64,000 nt of DNA, from contig CAXXYE010000007.1 of the NCBI GenBank assembly GCA_963674865.2, forward strand, positions 160,001-224,000. The letters run 5' to 3'. Below, piece by piece: positions 27,493-38,115 of the stretch (within the stretch, counting starts at the first letter, position 1; each line of letters starts with the position of its first letter). The stretch is from Candidatus Hydrogenedentota bacterium. Lineage in GTDB: Bacteria; Hydrogenedentota; Hydrogenedentia; Hydrogenedentales; SLHB01. A program made the translations under genes and the position numbers. The notes under the pieces were generated by a model. The model saw only the letters and a list, made by a program, of their open reading frames with translations. It did no database searches and was not told the origin of the DNA.

Positions 27493-29001
27493 TTACGGAC
27501 TGGTTGGTATCTTGCTCAGGCCGATATCTTCCGATTTCTCTTGCTTTGGCTTTGTCGCCCTGAGTTGTCGTCGCTCTTCGATAAAGCCTTCCTTGCTGAC
27601 CACAAGCCAAAGGCTTTGGGACTTCTCGCCGGGATACACGTCGAGCGTGGCCATGCCCTCGCCGTTCGTAATGACTTCTTCCGACATGAGCGTCTCGGCA
27701 TCATCGACGGCCTTCAAGACGGCCGTGGCGCCCTCACATGGACTCTCGCCCCAGACAGCCTTCGGCTCTGTCTCGTATTTCTCCTTCTGTTGCGGAGTGT
27801 CGAGTTGCGCCACAGAGACGTGGACTTTGCCCCAGTAGTTGCCCTCCGCATTCTCTTCCGCACTATTCCTGTTGAGCATGGCCACGATCACGATTATCAG
27901 CGGCACCTGCGCGGCCACGATCATGGCGATTAGCCATTTCCTCTTCCGGCTCCTGGCGGGCTTCCCGCCTTCCGCGCGGCCCTCGACGACGCGTTCCCCG
28001 GCCACACTCCCGATCCTCGCGCCCGGGATTGTCGCGTCAGGCGTGCTTTCCGCGCGAACCGTCGCATCCGCACTCGGGGCCGTGCGCACGGTAGCATCGC
28101 CCTGCCCGCCGATGAGCGTTGCGGCCGGCTCGGCGTCTCCCACGCCGGTGATCGCCGGATCGGGATGCTCCTTCAGGCTCTCCCGCAAGGCCGCGGCCAT
28201 GGCCGCCGCAGTCTGATATCGCTTCTTCGGCGACTTGCTGAGGGCCTTCATCACGATATCGTTCAGGCACTCGTCGATGGCGAAGTTCAGTTCGCGCGGC
28301 GGGATCGGCTCCACCTTCACCACACTGTGCATCACCGTGTTGAGGGCCTCTCCCTGGAAAGGCTTCTCGCCCGTCAGCAGTTCATATAGGATCACCCCCA
28401 CCGCGAAGAGATCCGAGCGCCCATCCACCTTGTGCCCCATGAATTGCTCGGGACTCATGTAGTGGGGCGTGCCGATCATCACCCCTTCCTGCGTCAGGCT
28501 CGAGTCGCTCACGTGGGCGATCCCGAAGTCCGCGACCCGGATCGGGCCATCCTTCGGCATCATGATGTTGGCCGGTTTGATGTCCCGGTGGATGATTCCC
28601 TTGGCGTGCGCGTGGCCCAACGCGTCGCACACCGTCGCGCCGATCTCGACAATGGCGTCCACGTCGAATCGCTGCTTTCCATCGATGAGGTCCTGGAGGT
28701 CGCCGCCTTCGAGATACTCCATCGCGATGTAGGCGACGCCGTTCTCCTCGCCCGCGTCGTAGATCGTGATGATGTTGGGATGGTTCAACGCCCCGGCCGC
28801 CTGCGCCTCGCGCAGGAAACGCTCCATCATCTCTTCGGCGATGCCGCTGGCCTCGATCACATCGCGCCGGGCCGTCTTGATGGCCACGCGGCGGCCTATG
28901 TTCGGATCCAGTCCCTCATAGACCACCCCCATGGCCCCTTTGCCCAGCTCCCGGACGATCCGGTAACGGCCAAGTCGCTCTGGTGCGGGCTGTTCAGGCA
29001 C
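27493..29001 (-). CDS. Membrane-anchored Hanks-type Ser/Thr protein kinase
   Basis: LGKGAMGVVY, VAIK, HRDIKPAN, DFGIA, GTPHYMSPEQ; one TM and a C-terminal external domain. Confidence 0.95.
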   Translation of the reverse strand: MPEQPAPERLGRYRIVRELGKGAMGVVYEGLDPNIGRRVAIKTARRDVIEASGIAEEMMERFLREAQAAGALNHPNIITIYDAGEENGVAYIAMEYLEGGDLQDLIDGKQRFDVDAIVEIGATVCDALGHAHAKGIIHRDIKPANIMMPKDGPIRVADFGIAHVSDSSLTQEGVMIGTPHYMSPEQFMGHKVDGRSDLFAVGVILYELLTGEKPFQGEALNTVMHSVVKVEPIPPRELNFAIDECLNDIVMKALSKSPKKRYQTAAAMAAALRESLKEHPDPAITGVGDAEPAATLIGGQGDATVRTAPSADATVRAESTPDATIPGARIGSVAGERVVEGRAEGGKPARSRKRKWLIAMIVAAQVPLIIVIVAMLNRNSAEENAEGNYWGKVHVSVAQLDTPQQKEKYETEPKAVWGESPCEGATAVLKAVDDAETLMSEEVITNGEGMATLDVYPGEKSQSLWLVVSKEGFIEERRQLRATKPKQEKSEDIGLSKIPTSP

Positions 29002-29004
29002 CTC

Positions 29005-30291
29005 TCACCCCTTGGTTTGCGAGCCGAGTGACTCGATCCACGCCGCCACCCGCGCGGCGTCATTGGCCTCGGGACTCAGTGCAAGATAACGCCGGAATGC
29101 CTCGATGGCTTCGGCGGACTTCCCCATCTCCGTATACGTCAACGCCAGATTGTAGTAGGCCGGCGAGTAGCTTTTGTCCAGTGCAAGTGCCGCGCGGAAC
29201 GCCGATTCGGCCTCATCGAAATCCTTCTGGCGGCGCAGGCTCTCGCCGAGATCATTGCGCAGCGAAGCCCGGCCGGGCGCGAGCTCCACCGCCCGCCGGA
29301 ACGCCGCCTCTGCCTGCGCGTCCTGTCCCGTGGCCAACAGCTCCCGCCCAAGGTTGCGATAGACTCCCAAGGCCTCCGGCCGCAACGCCTGCGCCTGTCG
29401 GTAGGCCGCGATGGCCCGCTCGGGCCGGCCTGCCGCCCCATAGGCCACCGCCACGTTGAACCACGCCTCGTAGAATTCCGGTATCAGCGAGACGGCGAGC
29501 GAATAGGCCTCGATCTTCTCCTCCGGCGTTTCTGCAACGACCCCCCGGTTGTAGGCGTCTATGGCCGCTTGCTGGGCCGGCGTCAAATCCGAGGCGGGCA
29601 AGATTTCCACTTCCTGCCCCTCCGTGTTGCCCACGCGCGAAGCCGTTGGTATCGCCACGCCGTGCTTCCGGAGCAGAGGATACGCCTCGTTAATGGGATT
29701 CACGAGCGTCAGCCATTCCTGATCGTCGATTCTGGCCAAAATCAGGCCCACCAGGCGGCCTCTTGCATCGAACACCGGCCCGCCGCTGGAGCCCGGCCCC
29801 GCCGGCAATTGCGTCTGAATGACGGGCTGCCCCTTGTACATGCGGTTCAGGCTCGACACGATCCCGGCGTTCGCCGTGAAGGAGAGGCTCTTGGGCGCCG
29901 CGATGGCCACCAGCTCCGCGCCCTCGCGAAGCGCCCCCGCATCTCCCAACGATGCGGCCACCGGGAGGGGGCCTTGCGCGCGCAGCAGGGCAAACTCCTG
30001 CGCTCCGTCAACCTCGATTGGCTCAAGCGTTCGTTCGCTGCCGTCCTTAAGCACGGCGCGAAGGTGAGTGACGCCTTGGATCTGGTGGGCCGTGGCGAGA
30101 ATCAGGCCGGAGGTATCGACGCAGCAGCCGCTGCTCTGCGTCGTGTCGTGGGATGCCGGCCTTTCACCGAGGATCACGACGACGGCCGGCGCATAGCGCT
30201 CGAAAAGAAGTTCCACGTCGAGGGCCGCTGACGTGCCTGCAAGCACGGCCAGCCCGGCGAGAGAGACTATCAGGCGCGATATGTGTTGCAT
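29005..30291 (-). CDS. Secreted trypsin-like (S1C) peptidase domain with TPR repeats
   Basis: Signal peptide; ATAH; GSSGGP; C-terminal TPRs; start uncertain. Confidence 0.85.
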   Translation of the reverse strand: MQHISRLIVSLAGLAVLAGTSAALDVELLFERYAPAVVVILGERPASHDTTQSSGCCVDTSGLILATAHQIQGVTHLRAVLKDGSERTLEPIEVDGAQEFALLRAQGPLPVAASLGDAGALREGAELVAIAAPKSLSFTANAGIVSSLNRMYKGQPVIQTQLPAGPGSSGGPVFDARGRLVGLILARIDDQEWLTLVNPINEAYPLLRKHGVAIPTASRVGNTEGQEVEILPASDLTPAQQAAIDAYNRGVVAETPEEKIEAYSLAVSLIPEFYEAWFNVAVAYGAAGRPERAIAAYRQAQALRPEALGVYRNLGRELLATGQDAQAEAAFRRAVELAPGRASLRNDLGESLRRQKDFDEAESAFRAALALDKSYSPAYYNLALTYTEMGKSAEAIEAFRRYLALSPEANDAARVAAWIESLGSQTKG

Positions 30292-30552
30292 GCGGTACCC
30301 CATGCCGCGGAACCTGCTAATGGCACGCGTCATCCTCATGGGACATCGTCATCATGGAAAGCCAAGGACGCGCAAGCGTAGCAACAGAGGGACTGACGCA
30401 AGCGAGCAACGTGAGGAGCGAGACGTGTCTGTCCCTCTTCTTGCGAAGCGAGTCTTGCATAATAGTCATCCACTCCGAAGTACGCCGTAGCACGATGCGG
30501 ATCCAAACGCAATCATAGTTCGCGCCCGATACAGATTCAATTGACGCCGACC

Positions 30553-30614
30553 AAATCGGGACTGTGCCAAGCCAATCCGCCCTTAGGCGAACGAGACGGG
30601 ACGGCCCCTGATTT
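30553..30614. repeat. ~62-bp GGGACTGTCCC element, copy 1 (diverged)
   Basis: Aligns with 32329-32392 and 42870-42933. Confidence 0.7.
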
Positions 30615-30728
30615 CTCATGTCCCGCGCCCAAACATAGTCGCCAAGAAGGCCCCGCGGTGTCTTTCCTTCCCGCGCGGCCCTGTGTTAGGATGCATCCAG
30701 CGCAGGCAACCGTATCGGGGATTGGCCC

Positions 30729-31448
30729 ATGAGAATAGCCATACTCGCCGCGCTCATCGCAGCGGCCCTCCTCCCGCTTCCCCGCGCGGAGGCGCAGAGC
30801 GTCGTTGGCGATGTCCTCGCCGGGAAACTCGTCAAGCCCAAGGTGGGCCAGTGGGCCTGGTACGACCTGGCCGAGGCCCGGGGCGATAACGTCTACAAGG
30901 TGCGCCTCGCCGTCGTCGGGAAAGAAAAGGTTGGCCGAAGGACCGGCCACTGGCTCGAGGCGGAGGTACTTCCCCCCGAGGGATTTGCCACGGTAATGAA
31001 GATGCTCCTCACGGGGCCCGCCGACGACCCCAAGAATGTCCATCGCGTTCTCCAGAGGCAAGGCCTCGAACCCGTCCAGGAGTTGCCGCTGGCCAAGAAC
31101 CAGGAAGACGCGGCGGGCGATGCAAACGCGGCCAAGCCGCCGCGTGAATCCCTCGGCCGTGAAGACGTCGAAACACCCAAGGGCGCTATCAAAGCGGAGC
31201 ACGTCCGGATCGGCGAAGGCGCCGGAGCGATGGAGATCTGGCTGAACGACGATGTGAGGCCCATGGGCATTGTCCGGCTCGTTTCCCCCGAAGGTGAGAT
31301 GCGTATCCGTGACTACGGCGTAGGCGGAGAGGCCGGCGAGAGCGCTCTCGACCGGACCCCTCCTCCTCCTGCCCCGGTTGAAGTGAAGGTAAGCGTTGAG
31401 GATATGCCTCAAGCCCAGGAAGACCAATCCGAGGAAGCCAAGCCATGA
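30729..31448 (+). CDS. Secreted hypothetical protein
   Basis: Signal peptide ending AEA; GC-rich codon usage; ATGA overlap with the next gene. Confidence 0.8.
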   Translation: MRIAILAALIAAALLPLPRAEAQSVVGDVLAGKLVKPKVGQWAWYDLAEARGDNVYKVRLAVVGKEKVGRRTGHWLEAEVLPPEGFATVMKMLLTGPADDPKNVHRVLQRQGLEPVQELPLAKNQEDAAGDANAAKPPRESLGREDVETPKGAIKAEHVRIGEGAGAMEIWLNDDVRPMGIVRLVSPEGEMRIRDYGVGGEAGESALDRTPPPPAPVEVKVSVEDMPQAQEDQSEEAKP

Positions 31449-32197
31449 AGCCTACGTGCAAGCGTTATCTGACGAGGGTGACGGCCCTTTTGCTGTGTGG
31501 ACTCGCTCTGTCTTGCCAGACCTTCTCCACTTCGAAGACCAAGCCCCATCCGCAGCCTCGGGAAACCGGTGAGTTCCGGCCCGCAACCTTCGTCTCGCCG
31601 ATACACCGCCAGGAGGGGCGCTACCCAGGTCTGCTCGGGGACGGCTCCTACGCCGTATGGATTGGCCCTGAGGTGGCCTCTTTCAAGCGCGGCCAGGCTG
31701 TCGCGCAGGGCGAATCGGTTGATCCCGAACTTGGCGAGGAGGCCGACTACCTTACCGCCAACTACATTATTATCGAGTGTCATCTGGAATCCGTCTTCGC
31801 CGACATGAGCATCGCGTACGATGTCGTCGGCCTGCGGGGGCTCGATCTGTTCCTAGAGACTCCGGACGGCGGCCGGATAGCCCCCATCCAGACGGTGATC
31901 GCGTCCTCTCTCGAAGAGGAGCAGCGAAACGCCCTCAAGTTGTTCCGCCGGACCACGCTGGCCGTTTTTTCCAAGCAAGATGTTTGGCTTGATGCCCCCG
32001 CCATCGCGCCTCAGGCCGCCGCCGTCAGGCTTGTGCTTACCGGACAGGACTCGACCTTCTATTTCGAGTGGCCGGGAGCATCGGCGGCGGACGGGGTTGC
32101 TTGGGTGCCGAAGGGAGAGGAGGCCGCGCGCGCATTGCGGATGAAATTCAGCGACGTGTTCGGCAGAATTCGCGAACTCGTCCACATCTTCGACTGA
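31445..32197 (+). CDS. Hypothetical lipoprotein
   Basis: Lipobox ALSC; coupled to the upstream gene. Confidence 0.78.
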   Translation: MKPTCKRYLTRVTALLLCGLALSCQTFSTSKTKPHPQPRETGEFRPATFVSPIHRQEGRYPGLLGDGSYAVWIGPEVASFKRGQAVAQGESVDPELGEEADYLTANYIIIECHLESVFADMSIAYDVVGLRGLDLFLETPDGGRIAPIQTVIASSLEEEQRNALKLFRRTTLAVFSKQDVWLDAPAIAPQAAAVRLVLTGQDSTFYFEWPGASAADGVAWVPKGEEAARALRMKFSDVFGRIRELVHIFD

Positions 32198-32328
32198 CAA
32201 AGCGCCCACCTGGACTGAACGACGCGCCCTTTCACCTCGTAGCCTGTGAAGGAATACCGAGGAAGAATGAACATGCTCCCCGTGTTCCGACTCACAGTTG
32301 AGTCCGCTTGTCTGTAGACGCAGAAGCG

Positions 32329-32392
32329 AAAAACGGGGACTGTCCCAAGCGAGTCCGCGGCAGGCGGGCGAGACGGGACTGTCCCTGCTTTT
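32329..32392. repeat. ~62-bp GGGACTGTCCC element, copy 2
   Basis: aaaaacggggactgtcccaagcgagtccgc...gagacgggactgtccctgctttt. Confidence 0.8.
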
Positions 32393-32406
32393 CGGTGCCA
32401 AGAGCG

Positions 32407-32435
32407 AAAAGCCCCGTCGCTTTCGCAACGGGGGC
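32407..32435 (-). terminator. Intrinsic terminator downstream of ilvN
   Basis: Minus strand gcccccgttgc-GAAA-gcgacggggc-TTTT. Confidence 0.65.
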
Positions 32436-32529
32436 CTTGCGTCAACTCATGGCCACGAAGGATTCCCCATTGAATCTCCGGCCCCCCTTTTCCGGGACAC
32501 TCGGAATGGACGCGATGCATCCCATCGTC

Positions 32530-33012
32530 TCAGCCGCGTTTTCCCCGGCTCACCGCCACGGGCCCTGAGCGGGCCATCTCTACCACCCCGAACGGCCTCA
32601 CAAGCTCGATGAACGTCCGCACCTGATCAGGCGTGCCCGCCGCGCTGAGCGTGATAAACGCGTCGCCCACGTCCACAATGTCCGCGTGGCACGCGTGAGC
32701 GACCTCCAACACCTCCGCCCGCCCCCGCTTCGACGACGAGACTTTGACAAGCGCCATTTCCCTTTCCACGTGGTCGCCCTCGGCGAACCGGACCACCTTG
32801 ATGGTGTCGATTACCTTGCTCAGTTGCTTGCGCACCTGCTCCAGAATCGCTTCATCCCCTCGGACAACGATCGTCATCCGCGACACGCTCGGATCCAATG
32901 TCTCGGCCACGTTGAGACTGTCGATATTGAAGCCGCGCGTGCTGAAAAGGTCCACCACACGCGCCAGCACGCCAAACGAGTTCTCCACCAGTACCGAAAT
33001 GGTCTCCCGCAT
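32530..33012 (-). CDS. ilvN: Acetolactate synthase small subunit
   Basis: ISVLVEN.FGVLARV..LFS.RGFNIDSLNV; EREMALVKV. Confidence 0.95.
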   Translation of the reverse strand: MRETISVLVENSFGVLARVVDLFSTRGFNIDSLNVAETLDPSVSRMTIVVRGDEAILEQVRKQLSKVIDTIKVVRFAEGDHVEREMALVKVSSSKRGRAEVLEVAHACHADIVDVGDAFITLSAAGTPDQVRTFIELVRPFGVVEMARSGPVAVSRGKRG

Positions 33013-34742
33013 CAGGCCATTCCTCCCATCATCTCATTCAGCGACGCGCCCGCGGGCACCATCGGATACACATTCTCCTCCCGCTCCACGACGAAGTCGA
33101 TCAGCACCGGCTTATCCGTCTTGAGCGCCTTCCGAATGGCCGGCGCCACCTCCTTCTTCTTCGTGACCCGGATGCCCACCGCCCCGTACGCCTCCGCCAG
33201 CTTCACGAAGTCCGGGATATTCTCCTTCGGACACTCCTCGAAATTCTGCTTACAGTCGGGCGGGCAATCGCTCCGCTGCTGAAGGCACGTGAACGAGTAG
33301 TTCTTGTCGTAGAAAAGCTCCTGCCACTGTCGCACCATCCCCAGGAAGCGGTTGTTGAGGATCATCACCTTGACGGGCAGGTTGTTCATGCACGCCGTGG
33401 CCAGCTCCTGGATATTCATCTGGATGCTGCCGTCGCCCGCGATATCGACCACCGTCTTGTCGGGCAGCCCTGCTTGTGCTCCAATCGCCGCAGGTAACCC
33501 GTAGCCCATGGTGCCCAGCCCACCCGACGACAGGAAGGTGCGCGGCTCCGTGTACGTGTAGAACTGCGCCGCCCACATCTGGTTCTGGCCCACCTCTGTC
33601 GAAATAATCGCCTTGCCCTTGGTGAGCTTGTGTACCTGCTCGACGACGTACTGCGGCCGCAACGCCTCATCATCGGCATAGCTGAGCGCGTAGTCGCGCT
33701 TCCAGCCCGCGATCTTCTTCAGCCAGGCATCCGTTTGGGGCGGCTCGAGAATCTTTACCAGCTCGCGGAGAACATACTTCGCGTCGCCCACCACGGGGAT
33801 ATCCGCGCGGACGCTCTTACCAATCGACGTCGGATCGATATCGATGTGTACGACCCTGGCCCGCCGCGCGAACTCCGAGATCTTGCCCGTCACTCGATCA
33901 TCGAAACGCGCCCCCACGGCGATAATAAGATCCGCCTCCACCATGGCATAGTTCGCGTAGACGGTTCCGTGCATGCCCAGCATCTTGAGCGCCAGCGGAT
34001 GCGTCTCTGGAAAGGCGCCCAATCCCATTAACGTCGTCGTCACCGGGATCTGCGCCTTCGTGGCCAGGTTGTATAATTCCTTATGGCTGCCCGACGCGAT
34101 GACGCCGCCACCCGCGTAGATCACCGGCCTCTCCGACCGGCCGATGGCTTCCGCCGCCTGTTTGATCTGGCGCAGATGGCCCTGCTGCGTCGGCCGGTAG
34201 CCCCGCATGGCCACTTCCTTCGGATGAGGCGCCGACGTTCGCGCCTGCTGGATATCCTTCGGAATATCGATGACCACCGGCCCCGGGCGCCCCGTCGAAG
34301 CGATGTGAAACGCCTCCTTCATAATGCGCGGCAAGTCGTCTACGTTCTTGACGAGGTAGTTGTGCTTCGACACCGACCGCGTGATGCCTAGCGTGTACGC
34401 TTCCTGAAACGCGTCATTGCCGATCATCCCCGAAGGCACCTGTCCTGTCAGCGCGACCACCGGGATCGAGTCCATATGAGCCGTAGCCAGGCCCGTCACC
34501 AGATTCGTGGCCCCCGGCCCGCTCGTTGCGATGCATACGCCCACCTTGCCCGTTGCGCGCGCGTATCCATCCGCTGCATGGACCGCCCCCTGCTCATGCC
34601 GCGTCAGGTAGAAGCGAATGCTGCTGCGGTTCAACTCGTCGAAAATGTCGATCACCGCCCCGCCCGGGATGCCGAACATCACCTCGACTTTCTCCCGTTC
34701 AAGACTCTCGATGATCACCTTCGCGCCGGTTCGCTGTTTCAA
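33012..34742 (-). CDS. ilvB: Acetolactate synthase large subunit
   Basis: [26 protein letters not shown]...NN; TTG start. Confidence 0.97.
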   Translation of the reverse strand: MKQRTGAKVIIESLEREKVEVMFGIPGGAVIDIFDELNRSSIRFYLTRHEQGAVHAADGYARATGKVGVCIATSGPGATNLVTGLATAHMDSIPVVALTGQVPSGMIGNDAFQEAYTLGITRSVSKHNYLVKNVDDLPRIMKEAFHIASTGRPGPVVIDIPKDIQQARTSAPHPKEVAMRGYRPTQQGHLRQIKQAAEAIGRSERPVIYAGGGVIASGSHKELYNLATKAQIPVTTTLMGLGAFPETHPLALKMLGMHGTVYANYAMVEADLIIAVGARFDDRVTGKISEFARRARVVHIDIDPTSIGKSVRADIPVVGDAKYVLRELVKILEPPQTDAWLKKIAGWKRDYALSYADDEALRPQYVVEQVHKLTKGKAIISTEVGQNQMWAAQFYTYTEPRTFLSSGGLGTMGYGLPAAIGAQAGLPDKTVVDIAGDGSIQMNIQELATACMNNLPVKVMILNNRFLGMVRQWQELFYDKNYSFTCLQQRSDCPPDCKQNFEECPKENIPDFVKLAEAYGAVGIRVTKKKEVAPAIRKALKTDKPVLIDFVVEREENVYPMVPAGASLNEMMGGMA

Positions 34743-34864
34743 GACTCATTCCTTTCAGGCCGAATCCACCAGACCCGCCGTCGCATCACTCCGAGAATTG
34801 TACGGAAATCCATCAAGTGATGTCACACGACTGTTCGCATTTCCTGCGTCTCGTCGGCGTTCCC

Positions 34865-34916
34865 GGGAGGGACGTGCTCCTGCACGTCCGTGGTCGCGCG
34901 GGAGCGCGACCCTCCC
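34865..34916. repeat. GGGAGGGAC-family REP doublet
   Basis: gggagggacgtgctcctgcacgtccgtggtcgcgcgggagcgcgaccctccc. Confidence 0.8.
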
Positions 34917-35017
34917 CGCCACGGCCTCTCCGCGTTCCTTTGCGTTCTCCGCCGCTCTGCGTTTAGGTTTATTCCAGCTCGAACGCGGAGGCGCGCTGAG
35001 TGCCGCCAGCCGATTCT

Positions 35018-35812
35018 CTATTCATCAAGATCCTTGCCGCAGTGTGGACAACGGCGCGGCTTTGACTTCCTCTTCTGGATTTCTTCCACAAAACCCGCAC
35101 CGAGTATTCCGGTTGGCAACGCGAACATACCGATACCCAGCACGGCTATGACCGACGCTACAAGTCTGCCCACTGTCGTGACGGGGAAAACATCGCCGTA
35201 GCCCACCGTAGTCAGCGTTACCACGGCCCACCACAGCGTAGCGGGAATATCGGGAAACTGCTCCGGCTGGGCGCCATGCTCACAGTAGTACATCACGGAA
35301 GCCGAGAGGACGAGGAGTATCAACATGAGGGCCGTTGTCAGGACGAGCTCCTCCTTCTTCTTCTTGAGCACTACCGCGATAAGGCTCAACGAAGAGTAGT
35401 ACCGCCCAACCTTGGCAACACGTACGACCCTCATGAGGCGCAGGACACGGACGAATCTCAGATCGAGTCCGAGGAAGGGAAGATAGAAAGGCGCGATGGC
35501 CAATAGGTCGATGAGGGACATGCCGCGCGTGGCGAACCTCAGTCTGCCTCGAACCGCCCCCGCATATTCACGCGTCGTGACGCAAGACCAGACGCGCCCG
35601 GCATACTCTATGGTGAAGATCCCGACAGAGACGATTTCGAACCATCGCAGCAAGGCTCCGTGCCGTTCCTGGACTGAGTCCACTGTCCCAAAGATGACGG
35701 CGAGCACATTCAGAGAGATCAAGCACAGAATGAAGATATCGAAAGCCCGGCTGACTCCGTCGCCGGGGCAGGCCACCTCTAGGATTTCCCACGTCCTGGC
35801 TTGCGCTCTCAT
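35018..35812 (-). CDS. 6-TM voltage-gated potassium channel / ion transporter
   Basis: Arg-rich S4 segment; TTVGYGD filter; C-terminal CPHC. Confidence 0.93.
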   Translation of the reverse strand: MRAQARTWEILEVACPGDGVSRAFDIFILCLISLNVLAVIFGTVDSVQERHGALLRWFEIVSVGIFTIEYAGRVWSCVTTREYAGAVRGRLRFATRGMSLIDLLAIAPFYLPFLGLDLRFVRVLRLMRVVRVAKVGRYYSSLSLIAVVLKKKKEELVLTTALMLILLVLSASVMYYCEHGAQPEQFPDIPATLWWAVVTLTTVGYGDVFPVTTVGRLVASVIAVLGIGMFALPTGILGAGFVEEIQKRKSKPRRCPHCGKDLDE

Positions 35813-36145
35813 GCCATCTCCCTAAGCTCTGACTCCCACCGGATCCAGCCGGCCGTTCCAGGTGCCTGAAACGGCGAGAGGCCCCGTGTACAGAGGTGAT
35901 TTCTCCCATCAACCGGCCGAAGCTGCGTCTGGCCGGCACACACCTTCCCTGCGTCCTACCAGCAAAGGTTAGCCTTCTGTAGGAGGGAAAACAAAAAGGG
36001 CTCCAGCGCCACATGAAGCGTCTCTGACTCTGGGCCGCCGGGAGGGACGTGCTCCTGCACGTCCGGGGCTGCGTGCATCTCTTGAGCTTTGAGAAGAGGC
36101 CGGGCAGACGAACGCGGCCCCAGGTGCCTGCATGAGGCCCACGTG

Positions 36146-37015
36146 TCAAGCGTTAGGAAAGATGAAGTCCTTGGTGATCCCTGCTTCGCTCAGCCACGCG
36201 TCGCACTCTTGTGTTGTGTTCTTTGGAAGAACCACTTTGAGAAAAGTCCTCTCGTTAAGCCCTTTTTCACGTTCGAAATGCCGCCATGTCTCGGCCAAAT
36301 CAAAGCGCAGATCCATTTGTGCAATATATATTGCATCCTGGTTCCTCGCTTTCTGGGACGCTTTCTGCCGGGCGGGGCAGAACACTAACGGGAGCCCTGT
36401 CGAACAGTCTTCTTTCACAGCAGTTTCCATAAGATCAAGAATCTCGCCTACCGTCCTCTCTTGATGAACGACATTGGGCATCGCGCTGACGTCACATATC
36501 CAGACTGCGCCCTCGTCGCTCTCTCTCCTGCCCTTATTAGCGAAGTACACCGCCACTTCCACGCGCTGTGTCCAATCCAGCAGGAAGCTACCCCTCATGG
36601 GGCCAAGATCGTGATCAGGAGACTGTTGGATCCTTTTCATCGACTCGAACCAGGGATCGATACCCTCCTTTTCCCCCAAGTCCAACAAGTCTTGATCAGG
36701 TGGTGTCTGCTCCCCAAACTTGTACAAGAAGAGATTGGCAAGAAGTCGCTGCAGAGCGATTGAGTTCCGGAAATCCGCCCGCACCTTTGACACTTGGCTG
36801 ATGCCAAGAATGCTCTCCTTACAGTATCGTACGAATGTCGAGTCCAGAAGCCACGCTCTATTCCGATGTCCTCTGAAGAGAATCAAGTGTTCCAGACTCT
36901 CGCAATGGCTCTTGATTCCATTCATTTCCTCCACGAAACCATCAAAATCATGTGGAATCCACTCCCACGGAGCCCAACCGGTTCTCGTTTGTTGAGACAC
37001 GGGCTGTGGATTCAT
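36146..37015 (-). CDS. FRG-domain protein
   Basis: ILFRGH, LLDWT...AVYFA, GAVW, NQDA; more A/T-rich than its neighbours. Confidence 0.8.
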   Translation of the reverse strand: MNPQPVSQQTRTGWAPWEWIPHDFDGFVEEMNGIKSHCESLEHLILFRGHRNRAWLLDSTFVRYCKESILGISQVSKVRADFRNSIALQRLLANLFLYKFGEQTPPDQDLLDLGEKEGIDPWFESMKRIQQSPDHDLGPMRGSFLLDWTQRVEVAVYFANKGRRESDEGAVWICDVSAMPNVVHQERTVGEILDLMETAVKEDCSTGLPLVFCPARQKASQKARNQDAIYIAQMDLRFDLAETWRHFEREKGLNERTFLKVVLPKNTTQECDAWLSEAGITKDFIFPNA

Positions 37016-38115
37016 CAGGTGTAGTCCTCCCCGGCCTCTCTCACGGCCTTTGGCTCATACGTGCAGAACGGCTCCTCGGCGAGGTAATCGCCCGTCGCGG
37101 CGAACGCCCGCGCGCGGCATCCCCCGCACCAGCGCCGGTACTCGCACACCCCGCACTTCCCCTCGTAGTTCCTGAAATCGCGCAATTGCCGGAACAAGGG
37201 CGATCCATACCAGATTGCCGGGAAATCGTAGCCGTTTTCGCGCAAGTCGCCCGCGCATTCCTCGAGGAACCCGCAGATCTGCACCCGGCCCACGTGGCTG
37301 ATGAACGCGAACCCGATGCCCCCCAGACAGCCCCGGCTCATCGCATCGAGTCCGTGCGTCTCCGGCGTGACCTTCCGCCCCGCCTTGGCCTCCCGCTCGC
37401 GAAGGATTCGGTAATAGTGCGGCGCGCACGTCGGCTTGAGCGGAATCGTGCCGCGCTGCCGCAGGTCGTACACCCGGTTCAAGACGCGCTCATACGCCTC
37501 CCCGTCGAGTGCCTCGTCCTTGAGGTCGCTGCCGCGGCCTGTCGGCACGAGCAGGAACGGATGGAACGCCGCCGCCCCAAGCGACACGGCCAGATCGTGG
37601 ATGGCTTCGAGGGCGTCCGCATTCCCGCGCGTGAGCGTCGTGTTAATCTGAAACGGCAACTCCGCGCGCCGCGCCGCCTCAATCCCGCGCATGGACGCCT
37701 CGAACGCGCCCGGCACGCCGCGGAACGCGTCGTGGCTCGCCGTGTCCGGCCCGTCGATACTGACGCTGATCCGCTGGATGCCCGAGTCCTTGAGTTCGCG
37801 AGCCGTCGCTTCATCCAGCGTTGTACCGCATGTCGCCAGCACGGGCCGGAGGCCAAGGTCCACCGTCGTGCGGATGATGTCGAAGATGTCTTCGCGCAGC
37901 AGCGGCTCTCCGCCTGTCAGGATGATGATCGGCTCGAACTTCGCCGCGATACGCTCCAGCACACGCCGCACCTCGTCGAACTCGAGCTCCCCCGCGTACG
38001 GCCCGCTTTGCGACGCCCCCCGGCAATGCTTGCACCGGAGATTGCACCGGCGCGTCACTTCCCACGCGATCAGCCGCGGCCCTTCCGGCCGGTCCTTTCC
38101 ATGAGGATGACTCAA
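37015..38115 (-). CDS. ahbD: Radical SAM heme b synthase (Fe-coproporphyrin decarboxylase)
   Basis: RLIAWEVTRRCNLRCKHCR, LLVPTGRG, KPTCAPHYYR, SPASM Cys cluster; operon context. Confidence 0.9.
   Translation of the reverse strand: MSHPHGKDRPEGPRLIAWEVTRRCNLRCKHCRGASQSGPYAGELEFDEVRRVLERIAAKFEPIIILTGGEPLLREDIFDIIRTTVDLGLRPVLATCGTTLDEATARELKDSGIQRISVSIDGPDTASHDAFRGVPGAFEASMRGIEAARRAELPFQINTTLTRGNADALEAIHDLAVSLGAAAFHPFLLVPTGRGSDLKDEALDGEAYERVLNRVYDLRQRGTIPLKPTCAPHYYRILREREAKAGRKVTPETHGLDAMSRGCLGGIGFAFISHVGRVQICGFLEECAGDLRENGYDFPAIWYGSPLFRQLRDFRNYEGKCGVCEYRRWCGGCRARAFAATGDYLAEEPFCTYEPKAVREAGEDYT

Noticed and set aside
34743..35017. ilvB leader peptide/attenuator or T-box
   Set aside because: No Ile/Leu/Val-rich leader or terminator is visible; the hairpins present belong to the REP family.
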